A DNA stretch of 64,000 bases from Candidatus Omnitrophota bacterium (lineage in GTDB: Bacteria; Omnitrophota; Gorgyraeia; Duberdicusellales; 4484-171), in the NCBI GenBank assembly GCA_041652815.1, contig JBAZGN010000003.1, positions 65,530 through 129,529 on the forward strand, given 5' to 3'. This document shows, piece by piece, positions 1 to 10,711 of this stretch. Position 1 is the first letter of the stretch; the number at the start of each line of letters is the position of its first letter. Made by a program: the position numbers and the translations under genes. Below the pieces are notes generated by a model. It worked only from the letters and a program-made list of their open reading frames with translations. It had not been told where the DNA came from and ran no database searches.

Positions 1-326
1 GGGGTAAAATAAGCTGGATAATTATTGTCGCCGAAGGCAAGGCTCACGCTAGCGATATAGCAGCAAAAATAACTGAAATAACGGAGCTTGAAACACGTAT
101 AGTTGTTTTAGGCCATATCCAAAGGGGTGGCATGCCAACAGCCGGTGACAGAATACTTGCGGCAAGATACGGAAGTATGGCAGTAGAAATGCTTAAAGAC
201 GGCCATACCGACAAATGTGTAGCACTTAAAAATATGGATTTAATAGAACTTCCTCTTGAAGAAGCAATAAAACCTAAAGACATGGAAGTTGAAGCTTACT
301 ATAGATTGATTAAGATTCTTACATAA
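1..326 (+). CDS. pfkA: 6-phosphofructokinase, C-terminal part (5' end outside the window; reading frame starts at nt 3)
   Basis: Translation in frame 3 gives ...IIVAEGKAH...VVLGHIQRGGMPTAGDRILAARYG..., containing the PFK GHIQRGG motif. The stop is at 324-326. Confidence 0.85.
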   Translation, partial: GKISWIIIVAEGKAHASDIAAKITEITELETRIVVLGHIQRGGMPTAGDRILAARYGSMAVEMLKDGHTDKCVALKNMDLIELPLEEAIKPKDMEVEAYYRLIKILT

Positions 327-339
327 AAGATTATTTGTA

Positions 340-362
340 ACTACCCCGATGTTACGTCGGGG
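340..362 (+). terminator. Small hairpin after pfkA (CCCCGA-tgttacg-TCGGGG)
   Basis: 6-bp GC stem located 14 nt after the pfkA stop. It is followed directly by the RBS (aaggagg) of the next gene, so it may be a weak terminator or attenuator. Confidence 0.3.
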
Positions 363-379
363 CTCATCAAGGAGGCAAA

Positions 380-1783
380 ATGGTTTATCAAAATGAAGCA
401 CAAATTTTTGACGGAAAAACATTAGTTGAGAAAGACGGAAAAATAGAAATTAAAAACCCTGATTTTTTCCGAAAAAAAATAGTCGATGACTTAATCGACA
501 CCATAATACTTTCCGATTCAAATCATCTTAAAAGACTATGTTATTTTGTTGCATATAACGCGGGGCTCGCTTTCGGGGTAATACCATCATCAATACAAGG
601 CTTGTATGAAGCACGGGGGAAGGGCGCTTTTAGCGGATTTACCGTGCCCGCAATGAACATAAGAACTCTTACTTATGACTTGGCGCGAGCGGTATATCGC
701 GCGGCAAACAAGATAAATGCCGGGGCTTTTATCTTTGAGATTGCAAAAAGTGAAATCGGCTACACTGGCCAAAGGCCTTTGGAATACTCTTCGGTTCTTA
801 TACTTGCCGCAATAAAAGAAAATTACACCGGGCCTATTTTTATCCAGGGAGACCATTTTCAGGTAAAAGCAAAAAATTACCTGCAGGACAAAGACAAGGA
901 ACTCAACCCTTTGAAAGATTTAATAAAAGAGGCAATTGATTGTTCTTTCTATAATATTGATATAGATACTTCCACTTTGGTTGACCTGTCGAAAAACAAT
1001 TTGGACGAACAGCAAAAATTAAATTATGAAGTCTGTGGCCAGCTAACAAAACACATACGCAGCCTTCAGCCAAAAAATATCGATATTTCAATAGGTGGCG
1101 AGATTGGAGAAGTCGGTGGAAAGAATTCTACACCGGAGGAATTACACGCATATATCAAAGGCTATCTTAAAGAAATTAAGAAATTAAAAGGTATATCCAA
1201 AATAAGCATACAAACAGGAACCTCGCACGGCGGCGTAGTTTTACCTGACGGCTCAATTGCAAAAGTAAGCATAGACTTTGATACGCTTAAGAAACTTTCT
1301 GAAATTGCCAGAAAAGATTATGGTTTAGCAGGCGCAGTGCAGCATGGCGCATCCACCCTGCCCAATGAAGCATTTCATACTTTCCCTGAAGTAGGCTGCG
1401 CAGAAATACACTTAGCTACACAATTTCAAAATATTGTCTATGATTATCTTCCGTTACCCCTTAAAGAAAAAATCTACGGATGGCTACACACGACTTATGC
1501 CGCAGAAAAGAAACCTGATATAACAAATGACCAGTTTATATATAAGACACGGAAAAATGCTTTAGGTCCGTTTAAAAAAGAAATACATTCACTGCCCAAA
1601 GAGTGGCGCGAGAAGATATCAAGTATACTAGAAGAAGAATTTTCTTTTCTTTTTGATAAGCTGCGCATAAAAGATACAAAAAACTTCGTCAAAGAGTATG
1701 TTCTGCCGGCTATTGTCGAAAAGAAAAAGGAAGATTTTCTTAAAGAAGAAAAAGATCTTGGCAAACTTGAAGGAGCAGACTGA
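380..1783 (+). CDS. Class II (metal-dependent) fructose/ketose-bisphosphate aldolase family protein, long form
   Basis: 467-aa ORF with a QGDHF (DH metal ligand) stretch, a TSHGG stretch and an HGASTLP stretch, resembling class II aldolase motifs. It lies immediately downstream of pfkA. Confidence 0.55.
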   Translation: MVYQNEAQIFDGKTLVEKDGKIEIKNPDFFRKKIVDDLIDTIILSDSNHLKRLCYFVAYNAGLAFGVIPSSIQGLYEARGKGAFSGFTVPAMNIRTLTYDLARAVYRAANKINAGAFIFEIAKSEIGYTGQRPLEYSSVLILAAIKENYTGPIFIQGDHFQVKAKNYLQDKDKELNPLKDLIKEAIDCSFYNIDIDTSTLVDLSKNNLDEQQKLNYEVCGQLTKHIRSLQPKNIDISIGGEIGEVGGKNSTPEELHAYIKGYLKEIKKLKGISKISIQTGTSHGGVVLPDGSIAKVSIDFDTLKKLSEIARKDYGLAGAVQHGASTLPNEAFHTFPEVGCAEIHLATQFQNIVYDYLPLPLKEKIYGWLHTTYAAEKKPDITNDQFIYKTRKNALGPFKKEIHSLPKEWREKISSILEEEFSFLFDKLRIKDTKNFVKEYVLPAIVEKKKEDFLKEEKDLGKLEGAD

Positions 1784-1785
1784 GT

Positions 1786-1852
1786 AAAAAGGTTAAGGCT
1801 TAGGTTAAGAAAGATTAAATTCTTTACGTTTCAACCTTGACTTAAACCTACG
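1786..1852. repeat. GGTTAAG-type inverted repeat element between the aldolase gene and ilvD
   Basis: The sequence aaaaAGGTTAAGGCTTAGGTTAAGaaagattaaattctttacgttTCAACCTTGACTTAAACCT shows partial complementarity between its arms. It is related to the 56746-56820 element. Confidence 0.35.
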
Positions 1853-1860
1853 GAGGTAAT

Positions 1861-3516
1861 ATGCGTTCTGACAAAATAAAAAAGGGAGTTGAAAGGTTTC
1901 CAAATCGTGCTCTTTTGTATGGCACGGGGCTTTCTTCTTCACATATGGAAAGGCCTTTCATTGGTATTGCTTCTTCCTTCACTGATCTTATTCCAGGGCA
2001 TATCAATATGCGCACTTTAGAACGCTATATCGAAAGAGGCATAGAAAACAAAGGTGGGACTCCTTTTATTTTCGGTGTTCCCGGTATTTGCGACGGCATT
2101 GCCATGGGGCATTCGGGTATGAAATATTCCCTGCCTTCGCGGGAACTTGTTGCGGATATTATTGAAACAATTGCCTGTGCCAATAGCTTAGATGGCTTAA
2201 TTCTACTTACCAACTGTGATAAAATCACTCCGGGAATGATTATGGGAAGTTTACGCGTAAATATTCCGACAATCGTTGTGACAGCTGGGCCGATGTTAGG
2301 GGGGCATTTAGGAAAGAAACGGCTTGCCCTTGTGCGCGATGCTTTTGAAGCAGTAGGCAGGTTTAAGGCAGGAACCATAAGCAAAGAAGAGCTACGGACT
2401 ATTGAATGCGAAGCCTGCCCATCATGCGGCTCGTGCCAGGGGTTATATACCGCAAACACAATGGCATGCATTACAGAAGCAATGGGGCTTTCGCTTCCGT
2501 ATTGCGCAGCAACTCCTGCAGTTTTAAACAGAAAAACAAGAATTGCTTATGAAAGCGGCCAACGCATAGTCGATCTGGTCAAAAACGACATAAAACCAAA
2601 GGACATTGTAAATAAAAAATCTTTAGAAAATGCTATTGTCGTTGATATGGCTCTAGGGGGCTCAAGCAACACAGTTTTACATCTTATGGCGATAGCCTCA
2701 GAAGCACAAGTGCCCCTTAGCCTTAAAGATTTTGACAGGATAAGCAAGCTTACACCAAACATTGCCAAGCTTGAGCCGGCGGGAGAATACTACATGGAAG
2801 ATCTTGATAATGCCGGAGGAATCCCCGCAGTTTTACAAAGATTTTTAAAACTAATAAATAACGCGCCAACGGTATGTGGTAAAAAAACCCATGAGATTGC
2901 GAAATCAGCTGTTATTTATGACGACGACATCATACGGCCCCTGGATAATGCTTATCGAAAAGAAGGGGGAATCGCTGTCCTGTACGGAAATCTTGCCCCT
3001 GAAGGTGCAATAGTTAAACAATCTGCGGTCGAACCAGACATGCTTGAATTTAAAGGCACTGCCCGTGTTTACAATTCAGAAGAAGAAGCCATGGAAAATA
3101 TACTAAATGGCAAAATAAAGAAAGGAAACATCGTTGTTATAAGATATGAAGGCCCAAGCGGAGGCCCTGGAATGAGGGAAATGCTTTCACCAACATCTGC
3201 CTTGGTAGGCATGGGGCTGCATAAAAATGTTGCGCTTATCACTGACGGTAGGTTTTCCGGTGGAACCCGCGGCCCTTGTATTGGCCATGTTTCCCCGGAA
3301 GCTGCACTTGGAGGGCTAATTGCTTATATCAAGGATGGTGATATAATACATATCAATATTCCCAAGAGAAAACTTAGCCTGCTGATAAGTAATACCGAAA
3401 TAGAAAAAAGAAAAAAAGAAATAAAATTGCAGCCGGAAAAAATAAAATCAGGGTATCTTTATAGATATTCAAAAATAGTCACTTCCGCATCAACCGGGGC
3501 TATATTAAAAGAATAA
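1861..3516 (+). CDS. ilvD: Dihydroxy-acid dehydratase
   Basis: 551 aa containing [16 protein letters not shown] and SGGTRG motifs typical of the IlvD/EDD family, with 2Fe-2S cysteines. Confidence 0.9.
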   Translation: MRSDKIKKGVERFPNRALLYGTGLSSSHMERPFIGIASSFTDLIPGHINMRTLERYIERGIENKGGTPFIFGVPGICDGIAMGHSGMKYSLPSRELVADIIETIACANSLDGLILLTNCDKITPGMIMGSLRVNIPTIVVTAGPMLGGHLGKKRLALVRDAFEAVGRFKAGTISKEELRTIECEACPSCGSCQGLYTANTMACITEAMGLSLPYCAATPAVLNRKTRIAYESGQRIVDLVKNDIKPKDIVNKKSLENAIVVDMALGGSSNTVLHLMAIASEAQVPLSLKDFDRISKLTPNIAKLEPAGEYYMEDLDNAGGIPAVLQRFLKLINNAPTVCGKKTHEIAKSAVIYDDDIIRPLDNAYRKEGGIAVLYGNLAPEGAIVKQSAVEPDMLEFKGTARVYNSEEEAMENILNGKIKKGNIVVIRYEGPSGGPGMREMLSPTSALVGMGLHKNVALITDGRFSGGTRGPCIGHVSPEAALGGLIAYIKDGDIIHINIPKRKLSLLISNTEIEKRKKEIKLQPEKIKSGYLYRYSKIVTSASTGAILKE

Positions 3517-3519
3517 CAG

Positions 3520-3538
3520 TACCGTAGCGACTACGGTA
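3520..3538 (+). terminator. Short hairpin downstream of ilvD (ACCGTAG-CGA-CTACGGT)
   Basis: 7-bp perfect stem located 4 nt after the ilvD stop codon. It is not followed by a strong T-tract. Confidence 0.3.
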
Positions 3539-3559
3539 TCTAAAATAATCGGAATATCG

Positions 3560-3588
3560 TTGACAAGTGGATAAGCGTTTGTTATCAT
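3560..3588 (+). promoter_or_regulatory. Putative sigma70-type promoter of the mreB operon (TTGACA-N17-TATCAT)
   Basis: A TTGACA at 3560-3565 is followed after a 17-nt spacer by TATCAT at 3583-3588. The mreB ATG is at 3607. Confidence 0.4.
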
Positions 3589-3606
3589 TGCTATAATTAC
3601 CTTAAT

Positions 3607-4683
3607 ATGAAAATAGTCAAATTCATAAACTCAGCTACCAGAATTATCAGCAATCTGCTTGGCGCTTTTTCCAACGATATCGGCATTGATTTAGGCACAG
3701 CGACAACGCTTGTTTATTTACGTGGCCAAGGAATTGTGCTTTGCGAACCTTCCGTCGTTGCAATATACAAAAATAGCGGTGCTGTACTTGCGGTAGGCGA
3801 AGAAGCTAAACGCATGCTCGGCAAAACCCCGGGAAGCATTTCAGCAATAAGGCCGATGAAAGATGGAGTTATCGCTGATTTTGACGTAACCGAAGAAATG
3901 CTTCGTTATTTTATAAACAAAGTTAACCCTCCGAATATATTTAGCAGTTTTCGAAGGCCAAGAATTGTAATAGCGGTACCTTCCGGAATAACCGAAGTTG
4001 AAAAAAGAGCCGTAAAAGATTCCGCTCTTAAGGCCGGCGCCAGAGAGGTTATCCCGGTTGAGCAATCTCTTGCCGCGGCTATCGGCGTAGGACTGCCTAT
4101 AACCGAGCCTCAAGGCAGTATGATTATTGACATCGGCGGTGGCACAACGGAAATAGCGGTAATTTCTTTAGGCGGAGCAGTATATGCACGTTCTGTAAGG
4201 GTAGGGGGAGATGAAATGGATGATGCGATCATAGAACATATGAAAAAAGCTTACAATCTTATGATAGGCGAACGCACAGCCGAAGAAATAAAAATAAAAA
4301 TAGGCTCTGCATGGCCGCTGGAAGAAGAACTAACTATGGAAGTGCGAGGCCGAGATTTGATTACAGGGCTTCCTAAATTTATCAGGATAAATTCGGAAGA
4401 AGTGCGTGAGGCGTTACAGATTCCCTTAAAAGAGATAATCGAGGCAACAAAAGTAACGCTTGAACGCACCCCGCCGGAGCTTGCTGCTGATTTGATCGAA
4501 AAAGGGATAGTACTTTGTGGCGGCGGCTCATTGCTGCGCGGCCTGGATAAATTAGTTTCTGAACAAACCGGCCTTGCCTGTTTTGTTGCAGATGACCCTT
4601 TAACGTCAGTTGCCCTGGGGACAGGCAAAATACTAGAAGACCCCAGGTTTTTAAAGAAGATTTCTCTTGTATCCACCTTCTAA
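3607..4683 (+). CDS. mreB: Rod shape-determining actin-like protein MreB
   Basis: 358 aa with the N-terminal motif [14 protein letters not shown] and the GGGTTEIAV and [13 protein letters not shown] actin-fold motifs. Confidence 0.9.
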   Translation: MKIVKFINSATRIISNLLGAFSNDIGIDLGTATTLVYLRGQGIVLCEPSVVAIYKNSGAVLAVGEEAKRMLGKTPGSISAIRPMKDGVIADFDVTEEMLRYFINKVNPPNIFSSFRRPRIVIAVPSGITEVEKRAVKDSALKAGAREVIPVEQSLAAAIGVGLPITEPQGSMIIDIGGGTTEIAVISLGGAVYARSVRVGGDEMDDAIIEHMKKAYNLMIGERTAEEIKIKIGSAWPLEEELTMEVRGRDLITGLPKFIRINSEEVREALQIPLKEIIEATKVTLERTPPELAADLIEKGIVLCGGGSLLRGLDKLVSEQTGLACFVADDPLTSVALGTGKILEDPRFLKKISLVSTF

Positions 4684-5392
4684 AATCACATCTAAATATA
4701 TAGCGCTTTTTTTGTTGTTCGCATTGCTTCTAGTGTTACCTTTTAGAAGTTTTATTGCGAATCTACTGGTAGCATTTTCCAGCCAACGCCTCATAGCAAC
4801 ACAAAATTCCTCAAAAACTATCGAAGAATTGGAAAAGAAAAACCTCATCCTATCTTTAGCCATTAAGAAAAGTCAAACTGTCGCTGAAGAAAACGAAAAC
4901 TTAAGAAAAGCGTTAGCTTTTAAAGAAGACAAAAAAATAGACATAGTTGGTGTCGAAATTGCTTCGTTTGACCCTTCAGCGTGGCGCAGGCTCGCAATTA
5001 TCAATGCGGGAAAAGATAAGGGACTAAGAGACGGGATGTTTGCAGTAGATAGCGAAGGCTTTCTGGTAGGCAAAATAGTCGAGGTTAAAAATAATTTTGC
5101 GCGACTTATGCTGGTTGACGACCCTGAATTTAGCCTTGCAGTTTACATTGGAAAGGACGCATTAGGGATGCTCTCCGGCGGGCTTGACGCCGTAAAAATA
5201 CAATATATTGATATGAATGACAATGTTAACCTTAATGATATAGTATGGTTTAAAATGCCTCTAATCTCATATCCCATATATATAGGAAGAGTAAGAAAAA
5301 TTAATGAAAATAAAAATGGCTTGTTTTTAGACGTCGAAGTAAAACTTTTTAGCCAAAACCCGCTTTTAAAGAAAATTTTTATAATAAAATGA
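4667..5392 (+). CDS. mreC: Rod shape-determining protein MreC
   Basis: 241 aa with an N-terminal TM helix and coiled coil, followed by the MreC beta domain (VVGKIVEV...LMLVDDPEF). It sits directly after mreB. Confidence 0.75.
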   Translation: MYPPSKITSKYIALFLLFALLLVLPFRSFIANLLVAFSSQRLIATQNSSKTIEELEKKNLILSLAIKKSQTVAEENENLRKALAFKEDKKIDIVGVEIASFDPSAWRRLAIINAGKDKGLRDGMFAVDSEGFLVGKIVEVKNNFARLMLVDDPEFSLAVYIGKDALGMLSGGLDAVKIQYIDMNDNVNLNDIVWFKMPLISYPIYIGRVRKINENKNGLFLDVEVKLFSQNPLLKKIFIIK

Positions 5393-5853
5393 CGGAAAAA
5401 AATCTAAAGGCACTGTCGGCGTTACTGATTTTTTTCCTCCTGGATGTAACAAAGCCATTTGCTTACTCGTTAGCAACTGAATTCACCTTTCTAGGCATCG
5501 TACTAGTTGCTATGAATTACCCGCTAAAAACATCATTAATTTTAGCTATTATATTTGGTTACCTCAAAGATGCGGCCTGCATGGATATGGGCAATTTTAA
5601 TTTGCTTGAATTTAGCGCTATTGTCACGCTCATTCATTATTGCTTACGTAATTTTCATAAAAAAGCAGTGAAGGTTCTCCTTTTTTTTGGCGTGCTTGTC
5701 GCCCATATTGCTATAAATAATTTTCAGATAAACAAGGCTAGTTATTTCTTTTCGCTATTATTTTTTATACATTCATCGGTTATTTTTCTTCTTATAAACC
5801 GCTTATTTACCGAGTGGCTTATCTTAGGGCTAAAAAACGATAATGTCATCTAG
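5389..5853 (+). CDS. mreD: Rod shape-determining protein MreD (polytopic membrane protein)
   Basis: 154-aa hydrophobic protein located between mreC and the PBP2 gene, with start/stop overlaps on both sides. Confidence 0.6.
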   Translation: MTEKNLKALSALLIFFLLDVTKPFAYSLATEFTFLGIVLVAMNYPLKTSLILAIIFGYLKDAACMDMGNFNLLEFSAIVTLIHYCLRNFHKKAVKVLLFFGVLVAHIAINNFQINKASYFFSLLFFIHSSVIFLLINRLFTEWLILGLKNDNVI

Positions 5854-7546
5854 CAAAGATAGTTTTATAATTTTTCTTAAACGTATTTGTATCACGGCAT
5901 TTTTGATACTTTGCGTGTCGCTGTTTTATTATCAAATAATAAAAGGAAATTATTATCTTATTCGTGCTAAAAACAACTATGTGAAAGTAATACCGGAACG
6001 GTCAATCCGCGGAAAGATTTTCGACAGAAATGGAATTGTGCTCGCATATGATAAGCCGTCGTTCAATATTGCGGTAATTCCATATCAAATAAAAAATAAG
6101 AAAACGGCAATTTTTTCAGAACTTGCAAAATTCTCAGGCCTAAATTTAAAAACACTAAACAGAAATTATAGCCGTAAATTCCAGAATTTTTTTGCACCTG
6201 TAGATATAATTACCGATATCGATAAAAGAGAAGCTTTCCGGATAAAAGAAAAATTCAAGGATGAAATATTCATTGACCCGCAACCGCAACGGCATTATGA
6301 CTACCCGTATGAAACTTCCCACTTGCTCGGTTACGTCAAAGAAGCAGCTGCTTTTTCTGAACGTCTTAAAAAATATGGCTACTCGCCTAACGAGCGCATA
6401 GGAATATCCGGCATAGAACAATATTATGATGATTATTTACGCGGAGAAGACGGTGGAGATTTGATCGAAGTTAACTCAAGCGGCAGAATAATCGGCTTTC
6501 TGGGGAAACGCAACTCTATCCGGGGCAAAGATATATACTTAACAGTTGATTCCAAAATGCAGCAAACTGCTTACCAGGCAATTTCCGGCAAGAAAGGTGC
6601 GCTTATTTTTATGGATTCAAAAGACGGTGAAGTTTTCGCGCTGGTTTCCTACCCTTCATTTGACCCTAATAGCTTTGTTAAAGGAAAAGACGAGATTACG
6701 AAAGTTTTTACCGATACAAATAAACCTATGCAAAACAGAGCAATACAGTCAGCATTTCCGCTGGGTTCTACCTTTAAACCCATAGTTGCTATTGCCGGGC
6801 TAGAAGAGAATAAACTAAAACCATCAACTACGTTTATATGCAAAGGTAAACTTAATATAGGAAAAGCGGAATTTGAATGCGAGAATGTTCACGATGACGA
6901 AAATCTCTATGAGGCACTGATGCATTCATGTAATGTGTATTTTTACAATGTTGGTATGCTGCTTGGCCGGCAACTTATGGCCAACTATGCAGAAAAATTA
7001 GGCCTAAATTCGGCCTCCGGCATAGACCTTCCATATGAGAAAAAAGGAACTATACCGGTATCCAGCCTGAAACTTAGAGGTCGTTGGTATTTAGGTGATA
7101 CCCTGAATTTTTCAATAGGCCAAGGCTATACCGAATGTTCGCCCATAGAAATTATGCTGGCAATCAACGTCTTCGCTAACGGCGGATTTCTCGTTAAGCC
7201 GCATTTAATCAAAAAAATAGATAATACTGAGATTGCAATGCCCTATAGCAATAAACTCAATATTTCTGCTCAGAATCTTACGATAGTAAAGAATGCTCTC
7301 AAGCAAGTAGTAGAGAGCGATGAAGGCACTGCGCGGCTGCTAAAACCACTTAATCTCTCAATTGCCGGTAAAACCGGTACCGCTCAAACATCTGGCCGTC
7401 CGCATGGCTGGTTTGTCGGATTTTTTCCGGCAGATGCACCAAAATACACCATATGTGTTTTTCTGGAAAACGGCGGTTCAAGTTATGAGGCATTAAAGGT
7501 AGCCTATTATTTTCTTGAAAAGTTAAAAGAACAACAACTATTATAA
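5843..7546 (+). CDS. mrdA: Penicillin-binding protein 2 (elongasome transpeptidase)
   Basis: 567 aa with a TM anchor and the STFKP (SxxK), SCN (SxN) and KTGTA (KTG) transpeptidase motifs. Confidence 0.85.
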   Translation: MSSSKDSFIIFLKRICITAFLILCVSLFYYQIIKGNYYLIRAKNNYVKVIPERSIRGKIFDRNGIVLAYDKPSFNIAVIPYQIKNKKTAIFSELAKFSGLNLKTLNRNYSRKFQNFFAPVDIITDIDKREAFRIKEKFKDEIFIDPQPQRHYDYPYETSHLLGYVKEAAAFSERLKKYGYSPNERIGISGIEQYYDDYLRGEDGGDLIEVNSSGRIIGFLGKRNSIRGKDIYLTVDSKMQQTAYQAISGKKGALIFMDSKDGEVFALVSYPSFDPNSFVKGKDEITKVFTDTNKPMQNRAIQSAFPLGSTFKPIVAIAGLEENKLKPSTTFICKGKLNIGKAEFECENVHDDENLYEALMHSCNVYFYNVGMLLGRQLMANYAEKLGLNSASGIDLPYEKKGTIPVSSLKLRGRWYLGDTLNFSIGQGYTECSPIEIMLAINVFANGGFLVKPHLIKKIDNTEIAMPYSNKLNISAQNLTIVKNALKQVVESDEGTARLLKPLNLSIAGKTGTAQTSGRPHGWFVGFFPADAPKYTICVFLENGGSSYEALKVAYYFLEKLKEQQLL

Positions 7547-7547
7547 A

Positions 7548-8642
7548 ATGTTTAATAATATTGTACGCATAAAAACAAACTTTAAACCGGCAAAAATAAT
7601 TATTGCCTGCCTAATATTGCTTACAATTTTAAGTTTAAGTTCCATTTATAGCAGCTTGCATCAGGCGGGGGAATTAAAAGAGCAGGAAATTTTTTACAAA
7701 GAAGTTATGTGGGTTGCAATTTCCTGGGTAATTCTTATACTTTTTTTCTTATTAAATTACCGAGTATATTTTGATTTAGCGTATGTATTATACGCTATAA
7801 ACATATTTTTATTAATTGCCGTAGACCTTTTTGGAAGAAGCGCTTTGGGCGCGCAACGCTGGTTAAATATTGGGGGATTCAATTTTCAACCATCGGAATT
7901 ATCTAAAATTATAACTATTTTTTTCCTGGCAAGGGTTTTTTCTTCACAAACGAATAAAGGCTTTTTGAAAGGAGCATTGTTTCCATTTTCACTTTTAATG
8001 ATAAATGTTCTACTGATAATCAAACAGCCGGATTTAGGCACAGCCATGGTTTTAGTCCTTCTGTTTTTTCTAATGGGGTTCGCAAGTCGTAATAAAAAAA
8101 GATATTTTATAGCTATAATAATTGCAGCCATTATGCTTTCTCCTTTAGCGTGGAATCATCTTAAGGATTATCAGAAAAAAAGGTTGATAGTATTTCTTAA
8201 TCCAAACGCAGAACCTCTTGGTGCAGGCTACACAATAATACAATCAAAAATTGCAATAGGGTCAGGAAAGATTTTCGGCAAGGGTTTTCTTTCCGGAACA
8301 CAAAACCAGTTTAATTTTTTGCCGGAACGCCATACTGATTTTATATTCACCGTAATTGCCGAAGAATGGGGTTTTGCCGGAGCGATGGTGCTTCTTTTGA
8401 TTTATCTATTAATAATCAATAACATACTTTTAGTTGCACGATACCAAAAAGATAATTTTGCCCAATTAATTTTGGTTGGAATGGCTTGTCTGTTTTTTCT
8501 TCATGTTTTTATTAATATCGGCATGACCCTTGGAATACTTCCGGTTGTGGGAATACCTTTATTATTTGTAAGTTACGGAGGCACACACTTACTCGTAAGT
8601 TTTATGCTGCTTGGAATTTTTCTTAATATCTACAGGCAATAA
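7548..8642 (+). CDS. rodA: Rod shape-determining protein RodA (SEDS family glycosyltransferase)
   Basis: 364 aa, polytopic, with FtsW/RodA/SpoVE family stretches (QPSELSKI, DFIFTVIAEEWGF). It follows mrdA. Confidence 0.85.
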   Translation: MFNNIVRIKTNFKPAKIIIACLILLTILSLSSIYSSLHQAGELKEQEIFYKEVMWVAISWVILILFFLLNYRVYFDLAYVLYAINIFLLIAVDLFGRSALGAQRWLNIGGFNFQPSELSKIITIFFLARVFSSQTNKGFLKGALFPFSLLMINVLLIIKQPDLGTAMVLVLLFFLMGFASRNKKRYFIAIIIAAIMLSPLAWNHLKDYQKKRLIVFLNPNAEPLGAGYTIIQSKIAIGSGKIFGKGFLSGTQNQFNFLPERHTDFIFTVIAEEWGFAGAMVLLLIYLLIINNILLVARYQKDNFAQLILVGMACLFFLHVFINIGMTLGILPVVGIPLLFVSYGGTHLLVSFMLLGIFLNIYRQ

Positions 8643-8661
8643 CTTTTTTATAAACCGATGT

Positions 8662-8728
8662 CATGGATTATTACGGATTCAAACGGATGAATTTATCCGT
8701 GGCATCTGCAACCATCCGTTACATCCGC
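8662..8728. repeat. Intergenic inverted-repeat element built of ACGGAT / ATCCG sub-repeats
   Basis: The sequence tACGGATtcaaACGGATgaatttATCCGTggcatctgcaaccATCCGTtacATCCGcg contains a hairpin ACGGAT-gaattt-ATCCGT and an outer pairing AACGGATG/CATCCGTT. Confidence 0.5.
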
Positions 8729-8738
8729 GCTAATAAAA

Positions 8739-10394
8739 ATGATTGATTTAAGCACGATACAAAAGCCCCAACGTTATATCGGCAACGAGTGGAATGTAGT
8801 TAAAAAGCCTCGCCAGGGAAAAATTCCTATCTGCCTATCATATCCTGATTTGTACGAAATAGGAATGAGCAACCTGGGACTACGCATAATCTATGGTTTG
8901 CTTAATGAATTCGAAGATGTAGTTTGTGAAAGAGTTTTTCTCCCGGGTGAGGATTTAGCCGTAAATTTATCCAACAATAATCTTAAACTATTTTCCCTTG
9001 AAACAAAGACCACCCTGGATAATTTTGAAGCCATAGGATTTAATCTGTCCTGCGAAATCAATTTCTTAAATTTTTTAAAGATACTGCATCTTGGAGCAAT
9101 TCCCATAAAAGCAAACGAGAGAAAAGAAACAATAGTCTTTGCGGGAGGCATAGCGAACCCGGAGCCCCTTGCGGAATTTGTGGATTTTTTTTATCTCGGT
9201 GAATTCGAGGAAGGAATAGCTGAGTTTGTCGATATACTTAGAAAACACAAAGATAAAAAGACGCGCCTCGAAGCCCTTTCGCAAATCGATGGCTTTTACG
9301 TTCCCAGTTTCTACAGCGTAAGTATCTGTGCAAATAAATATCAATTCAATAAACTGTACAAGTATGCACAATTTCCGCTAAAAAGAGTTTATGTGAAGGA
9401 TTTGGACAAAAGCTACTATCCTGTAAACTGGCTTACCCCTCACACACAAATAATCCATGACCGCGCGCCCGTAGAAATTGCAAGAGGATGCCCAAATGCT
9501 TGCGTTTTTTGCCAGGCAAGAGCAATATATCATCCCTACCGCGAAAAAAAAATTTCAACTATTTGCGATATTGCGAAAAACATCTATAAAAACAGCGGTT
9601 ACGAGAATATTTCTTTGCTTAGTTTAAGCGCTTCCGATTATTCAAATATTGAAGAACTGCTGGATGCGTTAATTGCGCAGTTTAAAAATAAATGCGTAGG
9701 GCTATCGCTGCCATCACTGCGTATTGATGGCGCATTAGGTGAATTATACCGAAAACTTCTTTTTTTACGGAAAACATCGCTTACCGTTGCGCTTGAAACC
9801 GCAAGTGACAGTTTAAGAAGCAAATTAGGAAAAAAAATTGACATGAATAGATTATTTGAAGCCGCAAAGATAATTAAATCATTGAATCTAAGAACAATCA
9901 AATTGTACCTTATGATAGGTTTTCCTGAAGAAACAGATGAGGATTTACTTTTAATCGGTGCCTTTCTGGAACGCCTGCGGCGTGAAACAGGACTTTCGCT
10001 TAATGTAAGTATTAATATTTTTGTGCCAAAACCGTTCTCGCTATGGGAAAACGCATGGATGCCAGAAGAAGAAATTTTGGAAAAAAAAATAAAATTGGTT
10101 TTAAGCTGTATACCAAAAAGACATAATATTAATCTTTCGATCTCGCAGGCAAAGATGAGTATTCTGGAAGCGATACTCTCCCGTGCTGATAGAAATTTTT
10201 CCTCGGTAATTCTGGAGGTATTTAATACCTCGCCCAGTTACGAAACAAACAACAATTGGTCAACTTGGCAGGACGCGATGCATAAAAACGGCATTGACTA
10301 TAAAACTTATTTGCAAAGCGAAAACAAAAATTTTCCCTGGTCTTTTATCGGTAATTCGGAAATACCTACCTGCAAAAATTGCAAGGAAAGCTAA
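8739..10394 (+). CDS. Radical SAM family protein (TIGR03960-like, with an N-terminal B12-binding-like domain)
   Basis: 551 aa with a CPNACVFC (CxxxCxxC) radical-SAM cluster motif. It is followed by its usual DUF2344 partner. Confidence 0.7.
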   Translation: MIDLSTIQKPQRYIGNEWNVVKKPRQGKIPICLSYPDLYEIGMSNLGLRIIYGLLNEFEDVVCERVFLPGEDLAVNLSNNNLKLFSLETKTTLDNFEAIGFNLSCEINFLNFLKILHLGAIPIKANERKETIVFAGGIANPEPLAEFVDFFYLGEFEEGIAEFVDILRKHKDKKTRLEALSQIDGFYVPSFYSVSICANKYQFNKLYKYAQFPLKRVYVKDLDKSYYPVNWLTPHTQIIHDRAPVEIARGCPNACVFCQARAIYHPYREKKISTICDIAKNIYKNSGYENISLLSLSASDYSNIEELLDALIAQFKNKCVGLSLPSLRIDGALGELYRKLLFLRKTSLTVALETASDSLRSKLGKKIDMNRLFEAAKIIKSLNLRTIKLYLMIGFPEETDEDLLLIGAFLERLRRETGLSLNVSINIFVPKPFSLWENAWMPEEEILEKKIKLVLSCIPKRHNINLSISQAKMSILEAILSRADRNFSSVILEVFNTSPSYETNNNWSTWQDAMHKNGIDYKTYLQSENKNFPWSFIGNSEIPTCKNCKES

Positions 10395-10697
10395 ATGCAA
10401 GCGGAAAAATTTGCCTTAAAAACAATTATAGAAAAAAGCCAGGATATGGTTTACTTTTCTCAATTAGACCTCGTATCAATACTTACGCGCGCTTTAAAAA
10501 GAGCAGGCCTACCCTTATATTATACCCAAGGATTTAGGCCGCGCGTAAAATTAAGTTTTGGAAAAGCCCTCAAGGTAGGAGTAGAAGGGCCAGAGGAAGT
10601 AACTTTCTATTTTACTGAAAAAATAACCCCTCAAGAGCTACAAAACAAGCTAACTCTTCAAATGCCTCAAGGTTTAAAAATTCTTAAAATTATTTAA
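10395..10697 (+). CDS. DUF2344 (TIGR03936-like) protein, partner of the upstream radical SAM protein
   Basis: 100-aa ORF whose start overlaps the stop of the radical SAM gene (ATG immediately after TAA). This adjacency is typical of the TIGR03960/TIGR03936 pair. Confidence 0.5.
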   Translation: MQAEKFALKTIIEKSQDMVYFSQLDLVSILTRALKRAGLPLYYTQGFRPRVKLSFGKALKVGVEGPEEVTFYFTEKITPQELQNKLTLQMPQGLKILKII

Positions 10698-10711
10698 ACT
10701 GGTAGAAAGGA

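Noticed and set aside
2025-2471. 148-aa minus-strand ORF inside ilvD
   Set aside because: It is antisense to a high-confidence conserved gene and has no motif support, so it is spurious.
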